From: Bacteroidota bacterium
GTDB taxonomy: Bacteria; Bacteroidota; Ignavibacteria; Ignavibacteriales; Ignavibacteriaceae
Length of the DNA: 24,000 nucleotides
NCBI GenBank assembly: GCA_022562275.1
Contig: JADFPP010000020.1
Location: 15,770 to 39,769, forward strand
Direction of reading: 5' to 3'
The notes beneath the pieces are model-generated. The model was not told the origin of the DNA. It saw only the letters and a program-made list of their open reading frames with translations, and made no database searches. Shown one piece after another: positions 14,716-23,936 of the stretch. A program made the position numbers and the translations under genes. Every line of letters begins with the position of its first letter. The first letter of the stretch is position 1.

Positions 14716-17700
14716 CTACTCAACCTTCACTCTCACCCCTTCAGAATGACTTGCAAATTCAGGCGCATACATACACTGCATTGTTGTAATACCGTTAGAG
14801 AAATCACCTTTGTGGGTTACTCTCAATGGATATTCAAATACATACGTTCCTTTTGGCAACCTGTCCATAAAGAAGTTTGTTGCAGCATCGCGTGTGTTTT
14901 CGTAATACCACAATCCATCCTGGTACTTATGAGTTGAAAGGACATTAATAGGTTCAAACCCGGCAGCACGCATATCTTTCAGGTGAACAAATTCCATATC
15001 TCTATCTACTCTTATTTCAATCCTTACTTTTATCATATCACCCGGTTTAAGTTTTGTATCATCTGTAACAGGAGTTATTTTCTTTCCGGTTTCACTATCA
15101 AGTTCAAGGAATAACTGTTTCTTAATTTTCAGCGGAGTTTCACTTGGTGTTATCTTATCGAGCTGTTCATAATACTGCCAGTAAAGTGATCCCCACGCAA
15201 CAACATTATTATTATTAGTTACGGTAACTTCTCCCATTTCAGGTTTTATCTCTTCACCTTTCCAGGAAGTTTTAAAATAACCGGTTCCCGCTTCAATGTG
15301 GATTTCAGGTCGCCGGACTCCGGAGAGTCCGTCGGACTCTTCGAGATTGTTATAAAGATCAATTAACTGACCGCCAACTTTTATATCAGGCAGCTTTGAA
15401 TCGGCAAGCCAGTTTGTACCTCTTAAAAGAAGTGCATAACAAGCTTCGGCAGTTGCTTTGGTTGTTTTCCAATCCTGTACTTGTTTTTGTTTTAACAGCC
15501 ATACCTTCAATAGATCAACAGATTCCTGGTCTTTAACAATCTCATCTACCGCTTCAATAAGCAGCGCCTGCGTTTCTATCGGCGCCTGGTACCACCACCA
15601 TCCCCATTCTTCTTTAAAGTACATTCCCATCTCATCATTAAATACTGCATTCTCAATTATCGATTTGATTATAGCTTTTGCAGTCTTTGCATCGTACAAT
15701 CTGTAAAGTGCAAGTGCTATCATCCCCTGCATATACTTGTTGTTACTAAGCCAGTATGTCTGTGCCTGCCATTTCCAGTAATCGAATGCTTCTTTATGTT
15801 TTTCATCAACAGGAATATCAAGGTAGTAGCTTCTTCCGTAAAGATACTGTGCCTGTATGTAGCCGATATGTTTCTTCTTCATGTTTACACCGCGCCTCTT
15901 AAGGCGTTCATAATCTTCGTGCATTCTTACATCGGTGTAGAGAACCGCCTTCGTTAGCATGTCCCAAGTGCTGCTGTTCTCTCTTATATCTTTTATCCCA
16001 AGCCGTTCAAGATGTCCCATTCCAACTACAATATATTGAGTAATAAACCTGTTTTCGCGGAGTCCGGGAAACCAGGGCCATCCGCCGTTTGAGTACTGGT
16101 TTTCTCTCAGTTGCCGTTCGGCTCTTTCCAATTCATTTGCCATTCTGGTAAGATCGAAGAGCAAACCAACTCTGCGTTTCCTTTCCGATTCATCCTGTGC
16201 ATCAAGAACCCAGGGAGTTTCTTCGAGCAGTGCGTACTTTAATTCCTGGTTCTTTTCAAGGTTTGAAATAAGTGCATCTTTATCTATTTCTTTCCACGAT
16301 TCAAAAACCTTTTTGATCTTGGGGTTTGAGTTTGCAATAAAAGTTGCAATGCTGTTTGCATAAAAACGGTTAAAGATCTGCTCACTGCACTCATAAGGAA
16401 ATTCCATCATATACGGCAGCGCCTGTATTGCATACCATGCGGGATTTGCAGTGAACTCAAGTGTGAGATTATAATTCTGTAAAGTTGAAGAAGTATTGTT
16501 CATCAACTTTTCGAGTATGAAAGTTTTTGTCTGATTTCCTTTTACAGGAAGCGGAAGTGTTTCTGTAACCAGCATTCTGTTAACTAATACCGGAAGTGCA
16601 TTCTCCTCGCCGTCAGAAAACTTCCCTGATTTTGCAATCACCCTGTAAACAATCGCATCAACTTTACCCAGAGGAACTTTTAATCTCCAACTTAATCCTT
16701 CGCTCATTTTTTTATCAACAGAGAATGATTTTATGTTATCCGTGTTCTCAAAAAGATGATCAACTGGTTTCATTGTAAATGCATCGAAGAGCTGTAGCGT
16801 TGCAGAACCGGAAAGTGAATGATCTGAAAGATTGCTTACCTTTGCAGTAAAGTATATTTCATCGCTTTCTCTTAAGAATCTCGGCGGATTTGGTTGAATC
16901 ATCAAATCTTTTTGTGTAACTGTTTCATTATAAATTATTCCGCTCTTAAGATCTTTTGTATGAGCAAAGCCCATAAACTTCCATCGGGTTAATGCTTCCG
17001 GCACAGTGAATGAGATTACAATTTCACCCTGCTCATTTGTTTTTAAATCAGGATAGAAGAAAGCAGTTTCATTCAGATTTTTTCTAATTGAAACTCCTTC
17101 AAATGAAGTTTGAGAGATTTTATCTTGATCTCCATTCAGTTTTTTTCTCTCTTCATCTTTTCCAAGCTTTGATGAGGTTATATCACCTTCTTTTTCTTCC
17201 ATAACTACACCTGATTGCAAGGACAGCTCATCAGAAACACTCCGGGTAGGCATCTTATAAAATCTGCCATCACTGTAACCATAGCCATAAAAATAAAAAC
17301 CAAAGGTGTTGATGTACGGATAATAGAAATGCTGCCTTGAAACATAAATATTCCACCCCTCTTCATAAATTTTTGAACTGAGAATCTGGAAGGAATTATC
17401 TGTTGTCCAATTCAATCTGGAGTAGTAATAAGGATAAATATTAAAGCCCCAATAGTTTGCTGCAAAAGCATCCAGAGATGCATCATACATCGAAGCAAGT
17501 AGTTCGGCAGCTATTGCATCTCCGTTTGGTCCGGTTATTTTTAACTTCCATTCTTCGTCAGTTCCGGGAAGAATTTTATTTCTGAAAGTTTCAAATGTAA
17601 TATTAAGATGTTTGTTCGTCCACGGAACCGAAATGACTTTTGTTAAAGTATGGTTTGCATTATTGATAGTTAGAGTTACATGCACGACCACGTTTCCGCG

Positions 17701-20700
17701 GTAATCTTCTTTAATTGGAATTTCAATTTTCTTTTGTTCATCATCCAAAGTAATCCATTCTTTCTTAATTATCTTTCCATCGTATTCAAGTTCGTAAAGT
17801 GCTTTCACATCTTCTTCAGCGGAACCGATGTAAAGTTTTACGATTTCTCCCGGCTCATAGTTTTTTGGTTCAATATAAATCCAGTTCGCCTCTCTTAATG
17901 GCATTTTATTAGATTCAGCATTAAACAAAGTAAAATATTTTATAAGCTCAACAGGAGTTCCGTTTTTATCTTTTGTTTTAAGTGTAACAACATACTTGCC
18001 GGGATCCCAATCATACTGATCTTTAAAAACTATGAATGAACTATCTGTTGTTGTAAAACTTTTTTCAAATACTTTCTTATCTTTTCTCCAGTTAAAGAAC
18101 TGATCTTCTTCATTATAAACATCGTGAGCAAAGCTTTCATAAAAATCTTCTTTAGTTAAAAAGAATTTATCCGGCTTTTGCCACAACCTGTTTCTGAATA
18201 TTCGTGATGGAGATTTAAGTTTAAATATATCAACATAAACTTTTGCAGATTCAAATTGCCCGTTTAGATTTGTAGTTGAAACCGAATAATTAACAACTGA
18301 ATCGCTTTTAATTATTTCCGGCAGATTAATATTTACAACCAAAGCAACATAACCCGCACTTACATAAGTTTGTGCAGAATGTGTTTCACCGGTTACATCA
18401 ATAACATCAGCATAAATAGTATAATTAAAAACAGGATTTGTTTCCCTTGGAATTGAAAGATCAGGAATAAGATTAAATTCAACTTTGAATTTGCCTTCCT
18501 TATCAGTTTTGGTAACACCGTTTGTGATTTCCATTTTAGTGTTATTTCCCCAGTACCAGTTATAATAACCTCTGAACCAATAGTAGTAATAAGGGAATGA
18601 AACATTTCGTACAACACGATATTTAACTTCAACATCGTTTAAGTTTGCACCCGAATAAGTTTTTGCAAAACCTTCTGCAGTTACTTTATCATTTAAAGAA
18701 TAGCTTCCTTTTATGGGTTTAAACTTTACCTCGAATTTAGGACGTTTGTATTCTTCAACCCTGAAGTATTGAGAACCGACCTCATTCATTATATAATACT
18801 GTCCGCCAATCTTACCAAAGGGAATTGTAAACTGTCCGTTAAAAGTTCCGTATTCGTTTGTAGTTAAAGTAACATCGGAAATTTTCTGGCTGTTTGCATC
18901 ATAAAAAGTAACAGTTGTTTTTTTATCAGTAATTATTTCGTGATCTTTCTTACCATCTGTTTTAATCATCAATCCTTTAAAGTAAACTAACTGCCCTGGT
19001 CTGTAAATTGCTCTATCAAGATAAAAGAAAGTTGTTATTCGCTTTGTGGAATTATCTTTGTAGTAATAGGAGTAGTAATTCTGTGATTCAAAACGATCAT
19101 CATCATCAGTAAAAACAACTTTGTAGTTATTGTATTTATTTTCCTCTTTCGTGAACTTAAAACTACCTTCGCTGTTTGTCTTTCCACTTGCTACTTTGAA
19201 GAATTGATATTCTCTATCATCAGGTACATATTTTTGCACATAAATTTCAACATTAATTTTTGAGAGAGGATGTCCTGATTCCCTATGCAATGCGTAGAAT
19301 TGAATCACATTCTTTCCCATATCTCTTCTTATATAACTGATATTCGAAACCCACGTTTTACCGTAACCAACAGCATTTTTTATGTATGTAAAATTTTTAT
19401 CTGTTGCAACAAGAATCAGATACCGACCTATTGGCAGTGCAGGCATTTTTATTTCCACACTATGATCCTGGTAGTCTTTGTCAGCAGGAAGATTAAGCGA
19501 CCACTCCCTTGTTGGCTTCTGCTTAACATAAAATTGAATACGCTTCTGTGCATTTAAATTCTTTTCTTTTTTCTCCAATTTATCATTCCAGGGAATGATT
19601 CGTAAATAAATCCGATTAACATTCGTAAAAGATATGAGTGCTCGAAATGGTTGATCGGGAATATTACCGTATTCAGTTTGAAATCTTAAATTCTTGCGTA
19701 GTATCTCATTCTGCAGCCATCGGCACTCCTGTGCACCAGATTTATCGGGATATTTTTCAAAAGCAGTGCTGCAAATTTCAAGAGCTTTTTTAATCTCCCA
19801 TTTGTGTTTATCGGATACAGAAGAATTATATTTTTTTCCTTCATCGTAAAAATATTTTGCTTTATTAAAAGAGATGAGAGTAGAATAAGGAACATCGCTG
19901 TACTGATCTTCCATTTTGATAATTGCTAAAATATATAAGCTGTCTTTTTCTGTGTGAACACTGTTTCCTCTTACAAAATTTAATCGTGCAAGATCAACAT
20001 CTATCAGCGCATCTTTTTCATCATCATTAAGATGGAATGCAATTAACTTTTGAAATAGTTGAATCGCATAAAACTTTAGTGAAAGAGAATCCTTGGCGGT
20101 AAAATTGATATCAACAAAATTTTTCGCTGAAGAAAAATCATCAGGACTGTTTAATTCAAATTTGTAAACAGGATCAGTTACCGAAGCTTCATCATTGATA
20201 TAAAAAGTGAGGGCTGTTTGCGCAAGCAAATCGAACAATGTCGGGCGAAGGTATGCCTGCCCCGAGTTGCTGTAATAAAGAATATCTTCAAATTCTTTTA
20301 TGGAAATCAATTTTAAGCTGTCACTCTGTTCAAGCGATGCCTGGTATAGTTTTACAATTTCTCTTATAAGATGGGGAAGATCCCATGTTTGAAAACCTGC
20401 CTCGCCGGTAGGCAGGTCATTATTATCAAAGTTCACTGTTTCGGTTCTTTGCTGAAACCTGTAACGGTTGTTCTGGTAATACTGCCAGTAAATATTTGCG
20501 AGAATGGATTTTAGAATTGCATTTGCAGGGAAGGATGTTGTGTTTATTTCATCTTTAACACCATTTAATATTTTTACGTGGCTATCCTCTTCAGTGTAGT
20601 TTGTGAATTTAAGTTTATAGAAAAGTGATTTTATGATCTGTGACTGGTTGTCTTCTTCTTTAGCCGTCTTATATATTTCTTCAACAATTTCCAGCGCCGA

Positions 20701-20883
20701 ACGTGTGAGCCCTTCATTTACAAGGGAATCTACTTTGTGCCACGCGGCTTTATAATCATCACCAAAATTATATTGTATCATTTCAGTATGATTAAATATT
20801 TTTATACCGGGAACAAGTCCGGTGAATGAATAAAATAGAACTGCAATGGGGATAAAAAGGAGGAATCTATTTATATTTTTCAT
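14716..20883 (-). CDS. Alpha-2-macroglobulin family protein (thioester-containing, secreted or envelope-anchored)
   Basis: 2055 aa with an N-terminal hydrophobic signal/anchor (FLLFIPIAVLFYSF). The thioester motif FPYECSEQ has CSEQ encoded at nt 16378-16389. The repeated beta-rich middle is consistent with MG domains, followed by a helical TED-like region and a C-terminal receptor-binding-like domain. Confidence 0.85.
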   Translation of the reverse strand: MKNINRFLLFIPIAVLFYSFTGLVPGIKIFNHTEMIQYNFGDDYKAAWHKVDSLVNEGLTRSALEIVEEIYKTAKEEDNQSQIIKSLFYKLKFTNYTEEDSHVKILNGVKDEINTTSFPANAILKSILANIYWQYYQNNRYRFQQRTETVNFDNNDLPTGEAGFQTWDLPHLIREIVKLYQASLEQSDSLKLISIKEFEDILYYSNSGQAYLRPTLFDLLAQTALTFYINDEASVTDPVYKFELNSPDDFSSAKNFVDINFTAKDSLSLKFYAIQLFQKLIAFHLNDDEKDALIDVDLARLNFVRGNSVHTEKDSLYILAIIKMEDQYSDVPYSTLISFNKAKYFYDEGKKYNSSVSDKHKWEIKKALEICSTAFEKYPDKSGAQECRWLQNEILRKNLRFQTEYGNIPDQPFRALISFTNVNRIYLRIIPWNDKLEKKEKNLNAQKRIQFYVKQKPTREWSLNLPADKDYQDHSVEIKMPALPIGRYLILVATDKNFTYIKNAVGYGKTWVSNISYIRRDMGKNVIQFYALHRESGHPLSKINVEIYVQKYVPDDREYQFFKVASGKTNSEGSFKFTKEENKYNNYKVVFTDDDDRFESQNYYSYYYKDNSTKRITTFFYLDRAIYRPGQLVYFKGLMIKTDGKKDHEIITDKKTTVTFYDANSQKISDVTLTTNEYGTFNGQFTIPFGKIGGQYYIMNEVGSQYFRVEEYKRPKFEVKFKPIKGSYSLNDKVTAEGFAKTYSGANLNDVEVKYRVVRNVSFPYYYYWFRGYYNWYWGNNTKMEITNGVTKTDKEGKFKVEFNLIPDLSIPRETNPVFNYTIYADVIDVTGETHSAQTYVSAGYVALVVNINLPEIIKSDSVVNYSVSTTNLNGQFESAKVYVDIFKLKSPSRIFRNRLWQKPDKFFLTKEDFYESFAHDVYNEEDQFFNWRKDKKVFEKSFTTTDSSFIVFKDQYDWDPGKYVVTLKTKDKNGTPVELIKYFTLFNAESNKMPLREANWIYIEPKNYEPGEIVKLYIGSAEEDVKALYELEYDGKIIKKEWITLDDEQKKIEIPIKEDYRGNVVVHVTLTINNANHTLTKVISVPWTNKHLNITFETFRNKILPGTDEEWKLKITGPNGDAIAAELLASMYDASLDAFAANYWGFNIYPYYYSRLNWTTDNSFQILSSKIYEEGWNIYVSRQHFYYPYINTFGFYFYGYGYSDGRFYKMPTRSVSDELSLQSGVVMEEKEGDITSSKLGKDEERKKLNGDQDKISQTSFEGVSIRKNLNETAFFYPDLKTNEQGEIVISFTVPEALTRWKFMGFAHTKDLKSGIIYNETVTQKDLMIQPNPPRFLRESDEIYFTAKVSNLSDHSLSGSATLQLFDAFTMKPVDHLFENTDNIKSFSVDKKMSEGLSWRLKVPLGKVDAIVYRVIAKSGKFSDGEENALPVLVNRMLVTETLPLPVKGNQTKTFILEKLMNNTSSTLQNYNLTLEFTANPAWYAIQALPYMMEFPYECSEQIFNRFYANSIATFIANSNPKIKKVFESWKEIDKDALISNLEKNQELKYALLEETPWVLDAQDESERKRRVGLLFDLTRMANELERAERQLRENQYSNGGWPWFPGLRENRFITQYIVVGMGHLERLGIKDIRENSSTWDMLTKAVLYTDVRMHEDYERLKRRGVNMKKKHIGYIQAQYLYGRSYYLDIPVDEKHKEAFDYWKWQAQTYWLSNNKYMQGMIALALYRLYDAKTAKAIIKSIIENAVFNDEMGMYFKEEWGWWWYQAPIETQALLIEAVDEIVKDQESVDLLKVWLLKQKQVQDWKTTKATAEACYALLLRGTNWLADSKLPDIKVGGQLIDLYNNLEESDGLSGVRRPEIHIEAGTGYFKTSWKGEEIKPEMGEVTVTNNNNVVAWGSLYWQYYEQLDKITPSETPLKIKKQLFLELDSETGKKITPVTDDTKLKPGDMIKVRIEIRVDRDMEFVHLKDMRAAGFEPINVLSTHKYQDGLWYYENTRDAATNFFMDRLPKGTYVFEYPLRVTHKGDFSNGITTMQCMYAPEFASHSEGVRVKVE

Positions 20884-21057
20884 GCTAACTTCCCTTTGTC
20901 AAAATAAGAATTTTAATAACCCAATTATAAACTATTATTTATTTCACAACTGATATTACTTCAAATAATTGATATAGTTCCTAAAAAAATATTATTATTA
21001 CAATGTTTATTTGTAATGTGCATTAAAGTACTTTAATAATCATAAAATAAGAACAGG

Positions 21058-21393
21058 ATGAATCAAATAAGAAAGAATAAGAGTGTCTTAGAACTACTAA
21101 AAAAACATGGCGATAAATTAACCACAGTACGCGAAATAAATCACTGGATTTATTTTAAATCATTTGATGATTTGTGCGATTACAAAGATATATTGTCCAA
21201 AAAAGGATTCATAATCCAGAATATTGATAAGAATAAAGATCCAAATGAAACTCATCCGTTTTCACTATGTATTAGCAGGGACGATCGGGCGGATCTAAAA
21301 AGCATAAATAAAGTAACGTTAGAACTATCCCGGTTAGCTGAAGAATACAATGGTAATTATGATGGATGGGAAACACCTATTATTGAGGATTGA
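21058..21393 (+). CDS. rraB: RraB-family protein (regulator of ribonuclease activity B-like)
   Basis: LLKKHGDKLTTVREINHWIYF and LAEEYNGNYDGWETPI parallel E. coli RraB (..DPDALYTIEHHL.. and ..LAEKFDVEYDGWGT..). Confidence 0.65.
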   Translation: MNQIRKNKSVLELLKKHGDKLTTVREINHWIYFKSFDDLCDYKDILSKKGFIIQNIDKNKDPNETHPFSLCISRDDRADLKSINKVTLELSRLAEEYNGNYDGWETPIIED

Positions 21394-21504
21394 TCCTCTT
21401 GCTTTAGCGATAATGTTGGTTTAATATTCAATATTAAATGGGGAATACGTTTTGAGTGGAAAGAAACAAAAGCATTTATTGTTGAAATAGTAGAATACCA
21501 TTAA
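21394..21504 (+). pseudogene. higB: C-terminal remnant of a HigB (RelE/ParE-fold) toxin gene
   Basis: The frame reads ..LIFNIKWGIRFEWKETKAFIVEIVEYH*, matching the conserved HigB C-terminus (..W.I.F.W..G.A..VEIVDYH). There is no N-terminal half or start codon, and it abuts the rraB stop. Confidence 0.65.
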
Positions 21505-21513
21505 GAGTATAAT

Positions 21514-21624
21514 ATGAAAAAAATATCCCCAATACATCCGGGTGAAATACTGTTGGAAGAATTTTTAAAACCTTTTAATCTAAGTCAAAACAGTTTAGCT
21601 CTAGATATCGGGCTTCCTGCATAA
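21514..21624 (+). pseudogene. higA: Truncated HigA antitoxin (only the N-terminal 36 codons remain)
   Basis: [36 protein letters not shown] matches the start of HigA-family HTH antitoxins. It stops inside the helix-turn-helix, whereas full-length proteins are about 95-100 aa. Confidence 0.7.
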
Positions 21625-21678
21625 GCTGATAAAATTTAACAGTTGAGTTTAGAAGGTTAGTAAATAAATTGATAATGA

Positions 21679-22089
21679 ATGTCAATAATCCTTTCCAACA
21701 TTTCAATGAAACAAAAATGGGTTTTACTTCTTTTACTACTCATCACCCCAATTGGCTTTTATACTAAAATCTATTCAGGTCCTGGTGTAAGCTGGGTAAA
21801 CGATTCTCTTGGCGGTGTATTCTATGAAATATTCTGGTGTCTTTTAGTTTTCTTGTTTTTTATAAATACAAAAGTGTGGGTGATAGCTACTTCGGTTTTT
21901 ATAGTTACCTGTTTTTTAGAAGTACTTCAATTATGGCATCCTGAATTCCTGGAGATTATCAGAAGTTACTTTATTGGCAGGACGCTTCTTGGAAATTCTT
22001 TCAATTTGAATGATTTTATTTATTATTTTATTGGAAGCGGAATTGGATATTTAATCTTAACCCATATAAAGAAGTTGAATAAAAAATGA
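21679..22089 (+). CDS. Small integral membrane protein, DUF2809-like
   Basis: Four hydrophobic segments. FLEVLQLWH...IGRTLLGNSFNLNDFIYYFIGSGIGY resembles the DUF2809 pattern (E..Q....R...G..LG..F...D...Y..G) as I recall it. Confidence 0.55.
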   Translation: MSIILSNISMKQKWVLLLLLLITPIGFYTKIYSGPGVSWVNDSLGGVFYEIFWCLLVFLFFINTKVWVIATSVFIVTCFLEVLQLWHPEFLEIIRSYFIGRTLLGNSFNLNDFIYYFIGSGIGYLILTHIKKLNKK

Positions 22090-22219
22090 GTTCATCACTT
22101 CATTTTTAATCTATTTATATTATTAAAATCATTGGAGACGATAATTTGACATTTAATCTGTTAATTTTGATATTGAAAATTAAATGAACATTGATATTGT
22201 GATTAATTAAGAAATTGGA

Positions 22220-22522
22220 ATGAAAACCAGCAATGAAATATTAAAGCTTATTAAAGATAATTATAATTATCTCTCAACTGAATTTGGAGTAGAAAAAATT
22301 GGATTATTTGGTTCTACTGCAAAAGGAACCGCTACAAAACATAGCGATGTTGATATTCTTATAGAATTTAACAAACCAATTGGTTTTAAGTTTGTAAAAT
22401 TGGTTGTGTACCTTGAAGAGCTTTTGGGAAAAAAGGTGGATGTAATAACAAAAGATGGACTTAAGAACATAAGAATTAAAAATGTTGCAGAGAATATAAA
22501 GAAGAGCCTTGTTTATGTCTAA
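22220..22522 (+). CDS. mntA: MNT-type nucleotidyltransferase antitoxin (second, divergent copy)
   Basis: LFGSTAKGTATKHSDVDILIEF NTase motif. It overlaps the downstream HepT gene by 14 nt. Confidence 0.85.
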   Translation: MKTSNEILKLIKDNYNYLSTEFGVEKIGLFGSTAKGTATKHSDVDILIEFNKPIGFKFVKLVVYLEELLGKKVDVITKDGLKNIRIKNVAENIKKSLVYV

Positions 22523-22850
22523 ACGAAAAGATGAAGATTTAATTCAGGATATTAAAGAATGCATCACAAGAATAATTTCTTACATTAAAGATATGGAATA
22601 CGATGTTTTTGAAAATGACTTTAAAACTCAGGATGCTGTTATAAGAAATGTTGAAATCATCGGCAAAGCAGCAAAATTATTATCAAGTAATTTAAAGAGT
22701 AATTTTTCAGATATTCCATGGGCAGACATTGCTGGAACAAGAGACAAACTCATCCACGATTATTTTGGAGTAAATATTGATATTGTGTGGAGCATTGCGA
22801 AAGAAGAAATACCAAAACTTGAACAACAAATAGATGAAATTTATAAATAA
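22509..22850 (+). CDS. hepT: HepT (DUF86) HEPN-domain toxin (second, divergent copy)
   Basis: AGTRDKLIHDYFGVN contains the Rx4H motif. The protein is 113 aa and is paired with the upstream MNT gene. Confidence 0.85.
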   Translation: MFMSKRKDEDLIQDIKECITRIISYIKDMEYDVFENDFKTQDAVIRNVEIIGKAAKLLSSNLKSNFSDIPWADIAGTRDKLIHDYFGVNIDIVWSIAKEEIPKLEQQIDEIYK

Positions 22851-22942
22851 CTAACTTATAACGGTTGACAGCTTGAGTACACCTCTTATTTTACCATTTC
22901 CACAATACCTTATTTTTTTTCCTTTGATGAAAGTGAAAATCA

Positions 22943-23380
22943 ATGGATAAATTTTTAGAAGCTGCAATCGAAGAAGCAAAAAAAGGACTTAACGAAGGTG
23001 GAATTCCAATCGGTTCTGTTTTAGTTATTGATGATAAAATTGTTGGGAGAGGACGCAATCGCCGTGTACAGAACGGCAGTACAATTTTTCATGCTGAAAT
23101 GGACTGCATAGAAAATGCTGGAAGATTAAAAGCTTCCGATTATAAAAGAGCAACTCTCTACTCTACCCTTTCGCCTTGCGATATGTGCAGCGGTACGGCT
23201 CTGCTTTATAAAATTCCTAAAATTGTAATTGGCGAAAATATAACATTTCAGGGTTCCGAAGAATATCTTCGATCCCGTGGTGTTGAGTTACAAATATTAA
23301 ACGATAATGATTGTATTAAACTTATGGAAGATTTTATAAAAGCAAAACCCGAACTATGGAATGAAGATATCGGTGAATGA
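22943..23380 (+). CDS. FCY1-type cytosine deaminase (CMP/dCMP-type zinc deaminase fold)
   Basis: HAEMDCIEN and TLYSTLSPCDMCSG zinc motifs, IPKIVIGEN, and the C-terminal KPELWNEDIGE are colinear with yeast Fcy1 (..TLYTTLSPCDMCTG.., ..RPQDWFEDIGE). Confidence 0.8.
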   Translation: MDKFLEAAIEEAKKGLNEGGIPIGSVLVIDDKIVGRGRNRRVQNGSTIFHAEMDCIENAGRLKASDYKRATLYSTLSPCDMCSGTALLYKIPKIVIGENITFQGSEEYLRSRGVELQILNDNDCIKLMEDFIKAKPELWNEDIGE

Positions 23381-23585
23381 AATTGGCAAGAATTTTAAAA
23401 GGAAAAGTTCCAGCTCAACCTTCTATTTCTTCCTAAGAGAGAGAATTAGAAAGAGTTCAATATAATTTCTGGAAGAGCTGAATAAAAATTTGTTAAATAA
23501 ACAAATACTTTATTTTTTCCAAAATTAATGTTAACTTAAATTAAGAATTGAGTTTAACTACAAAAAATTTTTAAAAGGCACTGAT

Positions 23586-23936
23586 ATGGCATTTACAATA
23601 ACACAACTATGTGCGGATTGCAAAGATATTTCTTGTACCCAGGTTTGCCCCGTAGATTGTATTTATGAATATACCGGAGATGACCCTTCGATACCAAAAA
23701 ATATGCTATTAATAGATCCCGATGAATGTATAGATTGCAATGCATGTGTACCGGAATGCCCATGGGAAGCAATATTTGAAAATGAGGAAGTTCCGGATGT
23801 TTTCCAGGAAGATATTGAACTCAATGCAAAAATTATGGATCAACCGAGGATCGTACCGGAAAGACCTGCAGATATGACTACTCCTACACCTGAAGAAGTG
23901 CAGGCAAATAAAGAGAAGAACAGTTATTCTGATTAA
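23586..23936 (+). CDS. fdxA: 7Fe-type ferredoxin ([3Fe-4S][4Fe-4S], Azotobacter FdI-like)
   Basis: [17 protein letters not shown] has the C-x2-C-x4-C-x3-CP spacing of FdI-type ferredoxins. The second cluster motif is [12 protein letters not shown]. Confidence 0.8.
   Translation: MAFTITQLCADCKDISCTQVCPVDCIYEYTGDDPSIPKNMLLIDPDECIDCNACVPECPWEAIFENEEVPDVFQEDIELNAKIMDQPRIVPERPADMTTPTPEEVQANKEKNSYSD

Noticed and set aside
12679-14870. Orphan C-terminal toxin/immunity modules of a polymorphic toxin (CDI/Rhs-style) downstream of the large gene
   Set aside because: The displaced fragments are only the last 26-50 codons of the conserved A2M C-terminal domain, with no variable toxin domain. The intervening genes are on the opposite strand and are TA-type, not immunity genes in the gene's orientation.
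14695-14937. 80-aa + strand ORF overlapping the A2M 3' end
   Set aside because: It lies antisense to the strongly supported A2M coding sequence and spans its terminator, so it is almost certainly spurious. The same applies to the other antisense ORFs inside A2M, dht, preT, the aminotransferase, the permease and the ferredoxin gene (for example 6658-7068, 2490-2843, 8953-9213 and 23709-23966).
20884-21057. Divergent promoter region between A2M and rraB
   Set aside because: The region is AT-rich and surely contains promoters. I could not identify convincing -35/-10 or Bacteroidota-type -33/-7 elements by eye, so I make no call.
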